A program made the translations under genes and the position numbers. This document shows, one piece after another, positions 23,173 through 34,376 of a stretch of 64,000 nucleotides of DNA (its first letter is position 1; each line of letters starts with the position of its first letter). The notes under the pieces are model-generated. The model had not been told where the DNA came from. It worked only from the letters and a program-made list of their open reading frames with translations, and did no database searches. Source of the stretch: Selaginella moellendorffii (Eukaryota > Plantae > Lycopodiophyta); contig NW_003314261.1 in assembly GCF_000143415.4 (NCBI RefSeq), positions 6,852,817 to 6,916,816 of the forward strand. The letters run 5' to 3'.

Positions 23173-26100
23173 AAATATCAATTTGCAAAGTTGAGCAAAT
23201 GGCATATGTTGGGACCCGAAGGCGCGCCAAAGGTAAGCTAATTAGCATGGGTTGGATAGGTCGACCAGGCGTAGGGCACTACGCCCGACTCCCTGCGGGG
23301 ATGTCGAATCCGTAGACGTATTCTACGGAGGTTGGGTTCGAGTCCCAACCCCCTAGTAAAGCAAGGCTGGGTTCAAGTCCCGACCCTATACTAGGGCGTG
23401 GTGAGGTGAGGGGTATAGGGACACCTATATTCCGTTGTCATGGGCTCTTGGCCGGGGAGGCTAACTTAGGCACACCGCTAAGTGGGGGGATGCCCCCGGA
23501 GACATGGACAACAAGTCGTAGGATAAAATGAGACGTTCAATGTGGGCATCGAACTTCTTCTATGGGTGGTGGAGTTGTAAGGAACCGACTCCCCGAGATG
23601 TCGTAGGCTAAAGGATCCCCAAAAGCTTGACCGAAGTGACAAAGAGTTCATCGGATGGGACCAAGTCGAGGATCGAGTCCAAGACCGACTCTAGGACCGA
23701 GTTCGAGATAGAGTCCGGAATCGAGTCCGAGACCGACTCGGGGACCGAGTTCGAGTCCGAGTTCGAGACCGAGTTCGAGACGGAGTCCGAGATCCGAAAT
23801 CGGGTCCAAGACCGAGTCCGAGGTCGAGTCCGAGGTCGGATCCGAGATCGGGTCCGAGATCGAGTCCGTGATCGAGTCCGAACCCGAATCCGAAGTCGGA
23901 TCCGAAATCGGGTCCGAGATCGAGCCAGAGACTAAGTCCAAATACTAATACAGGTCAAGGGGTGAAAGCCCAAAGCGTGCGTCTCCCAGGGGGGGGGGGC
24001 TGCAGGGGGTTCCAAAAGTATAGTAGGGATAGTGAGGTCCAGGAACCAGTTTTGAAGGGACTCTCCAGTTGGGCTTCCAAACCGACTTGAGGTTGGGACT
24101 GGGACCGAGGGGCCTTGGGTGGGAGTGAGCATGGACTTGGCTGGTGCCGGAGGGGCCATCCAAGGAAGTGCTCAAGAGCAGCTCCCACTCCCGAAAGGGA
24201 AACCGATTGCGGTGCTCCCGGCTCATGTGGAGTGGTGCCCCACTTGAGTACCATGCGGCTCATTGGTCCTCGCCCTTCCTAGGGGCTTGGGCCTTCCTTC
24301 GGGATGGAAGTGGGGGGCGAGAGGTACCCATACCGGGCCGCTAGGTCACGGTGTTTCGCCCCGGCGTCCCGAAGCAAGTGTTGCACTCAAGACTTGGGAT
24401 TTAGAGGGTCCCATGATCAAGTCTTGTGGTACCAAGGGATGTTAGGAACCTGGAAGCTTGGTGTGCTTGGCTGCTTGTGCTTGCGGGGAGTGTAGCCGAA
24501 CCTTAAGTCCAGTCTAACCCGGGGAGGGGGATTGGGAGTGATTTGGGAATCCATGGAAGGATGGCTAACACTCCGTTGCTCGTGCAGTGAGTAGCTGAAA
24601 CCAAGTAGGAGCTGGTACCATAGGCGAGAACCTTGGCGAGTGAACTTAGCAAAAGCCAAGGCAGTGTTGGACGGATAGGCGAGGTAAGCTGGCAAAGTGG
24701 AAAGGAAAAATTTGTAGCTTACACTCTACTTCCATTACTTTTGTCTCCCCATTACTTCCTCATAGATTTCCATTTTGTTCTACTCTTCCCTTTTCCGATT
24801 CCTCCGACAGTCTTTATGTTGTAGCAATTGATTGACTCATGAAAGAGTATGCTGATCTCTTTGAATTTGAACTATCATCTGGGGCCAAGATTGCTATATA
24901 TCATCTGATTCCAACCAAGGATATTTGTCCAATCAAGGTTCTTGTTCATCGTTAATCACCCAAAAAGATCAAGATTTTATGTGCAAATGTTAAAGAGATA
25001 TTGTAAAAGGGTGTTATTCGAAAGTCGCAAAGTCCTTGGGCATGTAAACCTCATTTTATGACAAAGCTTAATGGGAATATTCATTTTGGCATTGACTATC
25101 ATTTGTTAAATGAAGTGACGATTTTGGATGTGTACCTTTTTCCTCACACTATTGATCTCTTAGATCATTTGGGGAAACGTCATTAGTTCATTAAGTTAAA
25201 TCTTGCTTCTGGGTACTAGTAAGTATCAATAGCCAAAGAAGATATTCCTAATATTGCTTTTTGTACACTGTTTGGTTTGTATGAGTTTTCTGGTAATGCC
25301 GTTTGGTTTAAATAATGCTCCAACAACTTTCCAGCAGATGATGGATGAAGTTCTTTGCGATATACCAGAGATGACTGCTAACTTCACTGATGATATCTTG
25401 ATCCACTCGGAGGGGACATCAGAGGAACACGTCCCTGATGTTTGTAAAGTGTTGAATCGGCTACAATACGTTCATTTAAAGCTGAAGCAATTGAAGTGCG
25501 TGTTTAGGTCCAATAACACAATTTATAATGAGTACCTTATTTCTTGTGAGGTTTACAAGTTGATCCAAAGGAACTTATGGTTGTCCTAAAGTTCCCTACT
25601 CTGAAATATGTTAATGATGTATAGCACTTTCTAGGTAAGGTGTAGTATCTCAGTCATTTTGTGGATCATCTTTCTTATTGCACTACACCTTTGCGAGCGT
25701 TGCTGAAGTCATTAACATCATCTTTTATCTAATCTCCAAATTGTGAGTAGGTGTTCATGGATCTCAAATAACTATTAATGACTCTTCTAGTTTTGGCATA
25801 TCCTGATTACACTTGACCTTTCATTTTGTGCGTGGATGCTTTTCATATTAGTCTTGGAGGTGTCTTGATGCAAGAAAGCCTAACTATGTCTAAGTGTGCC
25901 TGATTAACACTATTCTATTGTATATATAAACCATACATTACAACTAGTGGAAGTGAACTACTCCAGGACAGAGAAGAAGTGTTTAGTTGTAATCTAGGGT
26001 TTCGAGAAACTTCATGCATATTTAGATAGTTCTTGGACATTACTAAAAAGTGATTATGTTGTCGTTACTTCATTATTGAAGCGGAAGAACCTGATTGGTC

Positions 26101-26311
26101 ATACTACTCAGTGGGCTTTAAAACTTCAAATATATCATTTTGATATTGTTCATCGCTTGGGGAGTTCTATGGACGATGCTGATGCTTTTTTTTTAGCTCC
26201 TCTTCCTTCTTCACTCTTTTCTTATGTTTCTGACGAACTTATTATTCCAACATATGTGGATTTTCTATACAAGAATTATATGTCGTTAGTGGTTGTTTTA
26301 CTTCATGTTTA

Positions 26312-26904
26312 TGTAAGCAATCGAAGAAAACAACTTGAGAGACGATCCATGGGATTCAAATATAAAGGGAAAGGGCCTATGAACAAGAATACACCCCTTT
26401 TTCCAATTGGTTAAGGGTTTTGGGATATTTGGGGTTAAGCGTAATTAGGTTTGAATAGTATTAGGCTGGGTGACCTCCCGAGAAGTCCAAATTCAGGAGC
26501 TTACATTTGGTATCGGAGCGGTCTCGGGTCCGACTCTGTTGGTTGGCTAGGGGAATCACACCATATGTTGATTGACATTTGGCTAGTCCAGTTTGCTCCT
26601 ACTAGGCTCGACCCAAGAGGTAGGGTGTCAAGAGAGCGGGGCTCTTAGGAGAGCTACGGCTCTTAGCTTTCGTTCACGAGGGCTTGAACTTGTAGGGAAG
26701 CGTAGTGGATTGTAAGTAACCAAAAAGAACGACTTGAAAAACAATCCATGAGGTTCAAATATAAAGGGAAAGGGCTTATAAACAGAAGTGCACACCCTTT
26801 TTCAATCGGTTAAAAGTCTTGGGATATTTGGGGTTAAGTGTCATTGGGTTTAAATAGTACTGGGTTGGGTGACTTCCTAAGAAGTTTAAATTCAGGAGCT
26901 TACA
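26312..26904 (+). mobile_element. Cassandra-type TRIM with 5S rRNA-derived segment in LTRs
   Basis: LTRs 26312-26505 and 26711-26904 (194 nt), GTTTA TSD, PBS TGGTATCGGAGC, about 205 nt non-coding interior; LTR contains GTTAAGCG...TAGTATTAGGCTGGGTGACCTCCCGAGAAGTCC, resembling the 5S rRNA internal control region. Confidence 0.9.
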
Positions 26905-28218
26905 GTTTAATGTCCACAAGGTGTAAAGCAAGATTTACCTTCTTTTGATGAGGTTCGTAAGGCTCAAAAGATTGAGCCATGGATTTGAAGCCTTCAAGAT
27001 GGGTTTAAAAATTATGCATCATTTATTGTTGATGACTTGCCATTCAGGCATTTATATTCTCAATATCGCCTTAAAAACAGCTTTCTTTATTTTGTAGGGA
27101 TGGATTTTGATAATCATTTACAGCTGGTGGTGCCTTCCGTTATTCCACGGTTTCTCCATGCCTACCTTGATTCTCCTATTTTAGGCGAGTATATAGGGCA
27201 TCATCGTATGATCGAGTCTTAATAGGAGGTTAAATACGAATAAGAATATATATTCTTGTAGATCTTTCCATTAGCTAGAGACGTGATGTTATCTAGTATG
27301 TGTGTCATTGCATTTGGTGCCAAACTCATAATACTCCCTCTCGTGGTGTGGAAGGGTAGTTAGAGTCAATTGCAATTGCCCATCTGTTTAAGTTGGTGGC
27401 ATTTAATTTTATAGGACCTTTTCCACGATTAATTGCTTCCAATGAATATGTTATTATTGTTTTTCACTATTTGACTTGTGTTGGTGCCCTTGCTAGCACT
27501 TTTGCAACTACTGTTGAAGACTTCCTCCTCAATTGAGTGGTGTTCTAGCATTTTTATCCAGAGCAGATTCTTTCAGATAATGGTCCCGCATTTATGCTAA
27601 GACACTTCATATTTTCATGTCTCAGTTGGGGATACGCCACACTTTCACGAGTATTTATCATCCACAATCAAATGTTTTGGTGAAATAGCTCGTTTGGACA
27701 TTCAAAGGAATAATCATGAAGTACCTAAACTTTCAGCATTTGAATTGAGATAGTTATTTGTTGTTTCTTTGGTATACATATGTCACAGGGGTGTAGAGTT
27801 CTATTGGTGCTTCACCATATAAGCTCTTATATCATTATTTGATGAGCATTCTTCCACTTATCCAAGATAAGTCTTCTTAACACTTAGGTTGCGTATATGT
27901 GGGACAACAATGATGCTATAACTCCTGTTATTATCCATTTATAAAGTACAAAGTGGATGACTTGGTGTTAATTTGTTTTCCCCATCTTACAGTACATAGT
28001 TTATCTAAATGGCTCCTTACTCAGTAGAAAGGACTATATCAAGTGTTATAGCAAGTTGAACCACAAGTTTATAAGGTTTGGTATAATGTTCAACAAGCCA
28101 ATCCTTTAGAAATTGTGTATGTGCAACGGTTAAAACACTTCATACAAAAAAATTAGGAATAACAAATACCATCTATATATCCATTGATGCCTCCTCCTTA
28201 CGTTCCTCCAAATCCTAG

Positions 28219-28798
28219 TGTAAGCAACCAAAGAGAACGACCTGAGAGATGATCCATGGGGTTCAAATATAGAGGGAAAGGGCCCATGAACAAGAGTGCA
28301 CCCCCTTTTCCAATTGGTTAAGGGTCTTGGGATATTTTGGGGTTAAGCGTCCTTGGGTTTGAATAGTACTGGGTTGGGTAACCTCCCGGGAAGTCCAAAC
28401 TCATGAGCTTACATTTGGTATCAGAGCGGTCTCGGGTTCGACTCTATTGGTTGGCTAGGGGAATCATACCACATGTTGATTAACATCTGGCTGGTCCAGT
28501 TTGCTCCCGAGGGGTAGGGTGTCAAGAGAGCGGGGCTCTCGAGAGAGCTGCGGCTTTCAGCTTTCGTTCACGAGGGTGTGAACTTGCAGGGAAGTATAGT
28601 GGATTATAAGCAACCAAAGAGAACGATTTGAGAGACGATCCATGGGGTTCAAATATAGAGGGAAAGGGCCCATGAACAAGAGTGCACCCCCTTTTCAAAT
28701 CGGTTAATGGTCTTGGGATATTTGGGGTTAAGTGTCCTTGGGTTTGAATATTACTGGGCTGAGTAACCTCCCAGGAACTCCAAACTCAGGAGCTTACA
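28219..28798 (+). mobile_element. Second Cassandra-type TRIM
   Basis: LTRs 28219-28413 and 28605-28798, CCTAG TSD, PBS TGGTATCAGAGC at 28416; 5S-like tract GGTTAAGCGTCCTTGGG...TAGTACTGGGTTGGGTAACCTCCCGGGAAGTCC at 28341-28396. Confidence 0.9.
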
Positions 28799-29999
28799 CC
28801 TAGTCTATGTACAAGAGAACCCTGATGATTTTTCATTATTCCGAAAGGAAAGGATGATGTGAAGTTTAAATGTATAACTACGATGCTATATACTAATACT
28901 AGTGTAATGGGATTTTGGTAGCCATCAATCCGGACCATTTGCTATTATATATAAGCTAGGGTTTTTAGGCTAATTGTATGCACATTTTATGTATTCCCTT
29001 TCTATATTCCATGCACTCACATAATATAATTTTAGTTCATCTATCTCATTATTAAAATTATAATTAAATTATTATATATATATTTTTAAATTTTTTAAAT
29101 TTCTTAAAAACATTATGGTTCATATTTCTTAATCAACAATTATGGTGAAAACTATTTCAACAGAAGATAAACTATTATATTTCTTATTCAAAAGTTTCAG
29201 TAACACATATCAGAACTTTAGTTAATAATAACTATACTACTATAAAACTGATAAAAGCTCCCAAATGTCAAGGTTCATAAATTTTGGAGTTTATATACAT
29301 ATTACTTTAAAGGTTTTAAACTATTATTATTATTTCTATATATATATATATATATAACTAATATATTATATCATAAAAATGAATATAAAATAAAATAAAA
29401 TCTATCAATTTCATTTAAGATATATATATATTAGTATAGATATTTAGATTTTCTTATTACTAATTAATACCATTATTAACTAGTAGCTACTAATAAAAAA
29501 CGTAAATGTTTAAGTTAAAATATATAAAAACTAACATTACAATAAAAGATAGCTTAATTTTTAATTATGAAACTCAAAATCTTAATTATTAGGTACTAGA
29601 CTATTGTGGATGTCGTTAAATTTAAAAACCTATAGGTTGAACATGTTTATGACACTCTCAATGAGATAATAATTACTTTAAGTTATAATTAAATATAAAT
29701 ATCATAAAAAATCAATCAATTTTATAAACGTTTCCTTCTTTCACTAGGATAGCATTAATAAAATTTAGAACTAATGGGTTCTTAGTAAATAACACTAGCT
29801 AGAAGATGAAAATTGCTTATGCTATATGATTAATGATATGCATTTATAGTGTATATGATTATGAGATGAAATTTAAATACAATGTATTTAAACCAGTGGA
29901 TTTTTAGAACCTTTGGTTCTCTCATTAAGCAATTGCTTCTTTTTCAGTTGGTTTAAGGAAAAAGAGATAAAATATACTATAACAAAATACATCTATAAA

Positions 30000-32900
30000 A
30001 TATTACCTCTTTTATTCTATTATCTTCTTCTCATTTATATTACATTTCACCCCTTTATTTTTACTTTTGTCTCTATCACTTTTATTTCTTATTACTTTCT
30101 ACTGTGTTTCTTTCTTGTTTTTATATTACCTCTCCAGATCCCTTAAATAGTCTTTGTGTTATGATGATTGACTGGATTAAGCAAGAGTATGTTGATCTTT
30201 CTTACTTTAACCTATTATTTAGGGCCAAAATTGCAATATGTTTTTCTATTTCAACTAGGGATATTTATTTGATCAAGATTTATATTCAATATTGGTCATT
30301 AAAAGGTATCAAGATTTTCCAAGCAAGAGATATTGAAGATAGGTGTTATTTAAAAGTCTTAGAGTTTTTAGGCATATGAACCTCATTAAAGCTTAATGGT
30401 AGTATTTAATTCTGCATTGATTATTGTTGATTAAATGATATAATGATCTTGAATATATACTATGTTCTTCATATTGTTGGTATTTTGGATTGTTTGGGGC
30501 GAAGTTGTTAATTCAGTAGATTAAATATTAGTTCTAGATATTGGCAAATGTAAATGGCTAAAGAAAATGTTCTTAAAACTACATTTAGTTTGTATATATT
30601 TTTGATAATGCTATTTAAGTTAATAAATTTTTCAATAAATGATGGAGGAGGTTTTCTGTCATATGCTAAAGGTGACAATTGAGTTCATCAATAATATTTA
30701 AATACACTTAAAGGGATGTGGGAAGAACACATCCATGATATCTGTTAAGAACTTTGTAAGTTTTGGTATATCTTAATTACACTTGATTTTTCATTTTATA
30801 TGTAAATGCTTTTAATATTAGTATTGAAAATGTATTAATAGAAGTGTGCTTGGTTAGTGTCATCCCATTATATATATTAATTGTACATTACAACCAATGG
30901 AGGTGAACTACGCTATGATAAAAGAAAAGTTTTTAGCAATAGTTTAGTATTTTAAGAAATTTCATATATACATACATGATTTTTAGATATTGCTAAAGGG
31001 TGACTATGCCATTATCACTTCATTATAGATGCGGAAAACTTGGTTAGTTATATTATTTAGTAGGCTCTAAAGCTTCAAATATATAATTTCAAAGTAGTTG
31101 ATCACTTGAGGAGTTCTATACTTGATATTGATGCCCTTTCTTAAGCTTTTATCCCTTTTTTACACTATTTTCATATTTATGATAAATTAGTTGTTCCAAT
31201 ATCAATTGTAGCGCATGTGATCATGGGATGAGATTTAGATATACTATCGCTATGGATCTTTGGAACCTTGGGGGGATAAAATAGCCAATAAAAGTTCTTT
31301 TATCAAGCAATTATTTTCTTTCCAGTTGACTTAAGGGGAGAAAGATAAAGTGTACTATATGTGGTATTAGAGCAAATGGCACAGGTTCGATTTCTATTAA
31401 TTAGTGGCTACTTAAAAAAATATAATATACCCTTGAGCAAAGTATATTCCTACTCCTAAATTTGAAATCATACGTATCAGGCATCTATATATATGTTCTT
31501 CTTCTTCTCTGGAGTATCTACAGACGAAGGTATCCACCATCAAATTGCAGTACAGATGGATGACTAATTGCCTAATACCACAATGGAAGGATTCTTCTTC
31601 TTTGGATTTGGTTAGGATTTGGTTTGGTAGGGGTTATTAGTTAATAGTTAATAAGGACATTAACATTTTTGAAGCAGGGGTGAGTATCTTTAGGGAGATA
31701 AAATAGTCACTAAGGGCTCTTTCATCAAGTAATTGCCCTTTTTCCAATTTGCTTAAGGGAAGAGAGATAATATCAATGGATCTTCTAAACAAAGATTTTG
31801 TGTTTTTGGAAGTTATCATTGTTCATAAAATATAGAACTTAATTTACCTTCTCTTGATTTTGTGAAGCTCAAAAAGTTGTGTCATTAATTTAAAGGTTTT
31901 ATAGATTTAAGAATCTTGCATCACTTGTTAATAACTTACTATTTTGGCATTTATATTCTCAATATCACCTTTATTACAACCTTTTTTACTTTGTGGGGCT
32001 AATTCTAATGAATATCATTTGCAGTTGGTAGTGCTTATGATCTTTATTGCATGGTTTCTCCATACTCACCATAACTATTATATTTTAGTTGAGTATATAA
32101 AATATTGTTGTATGACTGAGAAACTACATGACTCTTTTAATGTAATATTATTTGGTATGTGTATAATTATGTTTTTTTGCCAAGCTCATAATACTTTCCC
32201 TTATGTTCTAAAAAGACTGTTGGAATCAATTGTCATTTCCCATCTGCTTGAGTTGATAGCATTTAATTTTATAAGGCTTTTTCCATAGTCAACTATTAAC
32301 AATGAATACATCATTATTGCTTCTAACTATTTGATTCATTAGGTGGAAATTGATGCTCTTGCTAATATGTTTGCAACTATTATTAAATACTTCCTCCTTA
32401 ATCAAATGGTGTTTTAGCATTTTTGTCCAGAGTGGTTTCTCTCGAATAATAATCTTGTATTTATGGCTAAAGCATTTCATGTCTTGATATCTCAGTTGGG
32501 GATACTTATCATCCATAAATAAATGATTTGGTAAATTAGTTTCTTTGAACATTTAAAGGGACAATCACGAAGTACATGCTTTCAATATTTGGATTGAGAT
32601 AGCAATTTGTCATCTTTTCAATATGTGTATGTTATAGAGGTATAAAGTTCTATTAATGTTTCACCATATAAACTCTTATATAATTATGATTTGATATTGT
32701 TAACAAAGTTGAGTTTACCTTTGCAATTGCCACAAGTTGTTAATATTATGTTATGATATCAGAATTTAATAAACATTCTTTCACTAAGTTGAGAGGAGTT
32801 TATTTAACATTTGAGTTACATACAAGTGGGACAACAATGGCATTACAACTTATTTACAAAGTACAAAGTGGATGATCTAATATTGATTTGTTTTCCCAAA

Positions 32901-33250
32901 TTTATAGGTATATGGTTTGTCTAACAACTCTTTGTATTGAGTGTTCTAGCAAGTTAAACAAGTTTATGAGATATAGCATTATATTTAACAATTTAATCCT
33001 CCAAAAATTTTATATATATATATAGCAAATTGAAGTGCTTTATAAAAGCAAATTGCACCACTTACAAATTCACTTGATGCTTCCTCTTGATGTTCCTCTA
33101 GATTTTGATTAACCAAGAACTTTAATTGCCTTCCATATGAGGGGATGATATGAACTACAATGCAATATATTAATATTAGGGTATGAATTGATTTCATTCT
33201 ATATATATGTTTTTGGGTTAATTGAATATGCATATTTAGTGAAGGCACCT
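30000..33250 (+). mobile_element. Highly decayed second copy of the old Gypsy family
   Basis: Colinear similarity to about 24730-28150 (e.g. AAGCTTAATGG, GGTGAACTAC, TCTCAGTTGGGGATAC, GTGGGACAACAATG, AAAGTACAAAGTGGATGA); AT-rich with no intact ORF. Boundaries approximate. Confidence 0.7.
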
Positions 33251-34376
33251 GAAGATTACTTAGATTTGTGTTTGTTTAGATCTAGCTTATCTCAAAATTT
33301 AAATTGACCTATATACAATAGTCTTAGCTACATAATTTTTGTAGTAATTTTATTTTTGATCCTGATCTTAAGCGGCCAACCAAAGAAAATACTGTAACTA
33401 ATTTGATATACATCAAAACAAATTTGAATTTGGTGGTCTATTAGAACTTGGAGGCTGTGATATCCAGAATTAAAGAGTGTGCTCGAGTAGATATGTGGAT
33501 TGCTGCCCTAATCCATTTCGTTTGTTAAAAATACTGCAGCTTAGTATCCAGGAATTAGTGACTCTTGCAGCTCCTAAAAGATTCAGCATGGCATGGTAGA
33601 TGTTGTACTGCTGCACTGTCCTTTGGGAGAGCCATAACTGGAAGGCATGAGGCATCTTCCAGGAGTAATCAATGGGATCTTGAAGGATCCAGATCAAAGC
33701 CTATCTGCCTTGTCCATTTTCTGAGGTCAGACCACCATTTGTCATCCCTCTTGAAATGGAGTCATTGATTGACAATTTCATCTGAAGTTGGCTGAGCCTT
33801 TGATGTACGATTTCTTTCTTCTAGGCCAAGAGCTCAAGAGGCCAAAGACTGGATTCAAGAGACGAGGAACCTGAACTGGTACTACACAGTTGTTCCCACA
33901 AACTGATGTTTATTCCTGGCATTGTAACTTCAAATATAGCCTGACTAGAACTGTGCTGCTGCCAATCTCAGATCATCAAGGGTTTTTGGAGTACATAATA
34001 TAGCTAAGGTATTTCTATTTTCCACCATCTCATGGAAGAATCTTTTTGTAACTGGTTGGCCAAGGGCCATGATTTGTGTCCCAGTAAGATTTACCTCCAT
34101 ATAAGATATTTTGCAATTTTCTAGGGCTACATATAGTAGGACCATTTTTGAGCTAAGAACAAAACAATGGATACAAATTGAAAACTTATCACTCCTGATC
34201 CCTCCAGTCTTCAGTCTTGAGTACCCACATCCTTTGCCAATGGGATTGCTGTCAAAGATTTGCAGCTGGACAGTGCAATAGAGTTACAGGCTTGGGAGTT
34301 TGATCTCAGACCTTTTCTAAAAGAAAAGAAAAGACTCTGAATCAGTTTTAAATTGAGATTCAAAGTTTTTTTTTTT

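Larger units (their letters stand above)
17192..24723 (+). mobile_element. Young full-length Ty3/Gypsy chromovirus
   Basis: LTRs 17192-18340 and 23576-24723 (TGTAAG...CTTACA; about 9 substitutions plus 1 indel by eye); CTCTA target-site duplication; Met-tRNAi-type PBS TGGTATCGGAGC at 18344; purine-rich tract before the 3' LTR. Confidence 0.97.
15400..29021 (+). mobile_element. Old degenerate Ty3/Gypsy LTR retrotransposon with short LTRs; host of three nested insertions
   Basis: Similar 120-130 nt repeats 15400-15530 and 28903-29021 (TG...TGCACTCACA) flanked by TAATA; purine tract 28843-28857; decayed RT (VMPFGLNNAPTTFQ, FTDDILI about 25280-25410), RNase H and integrase remnants. Confidence 0.8.

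Noticed and set aside
23330-23390. tRNA genes
   Set aside because: Only T-arm-like hairpins; no acceptor stem, D arm or anticodon arm could be assembled.
26430-28790. 5S rRNA genes
   Set aside because: Only diverged internal tracts of about 55 nt embedded in TRIM LTRs.
33400-34330. Moderate-GC stretch with short ORFs downstream of the HAK gene
   Set aside because: No recognisable coding, RNA or repeat signal.
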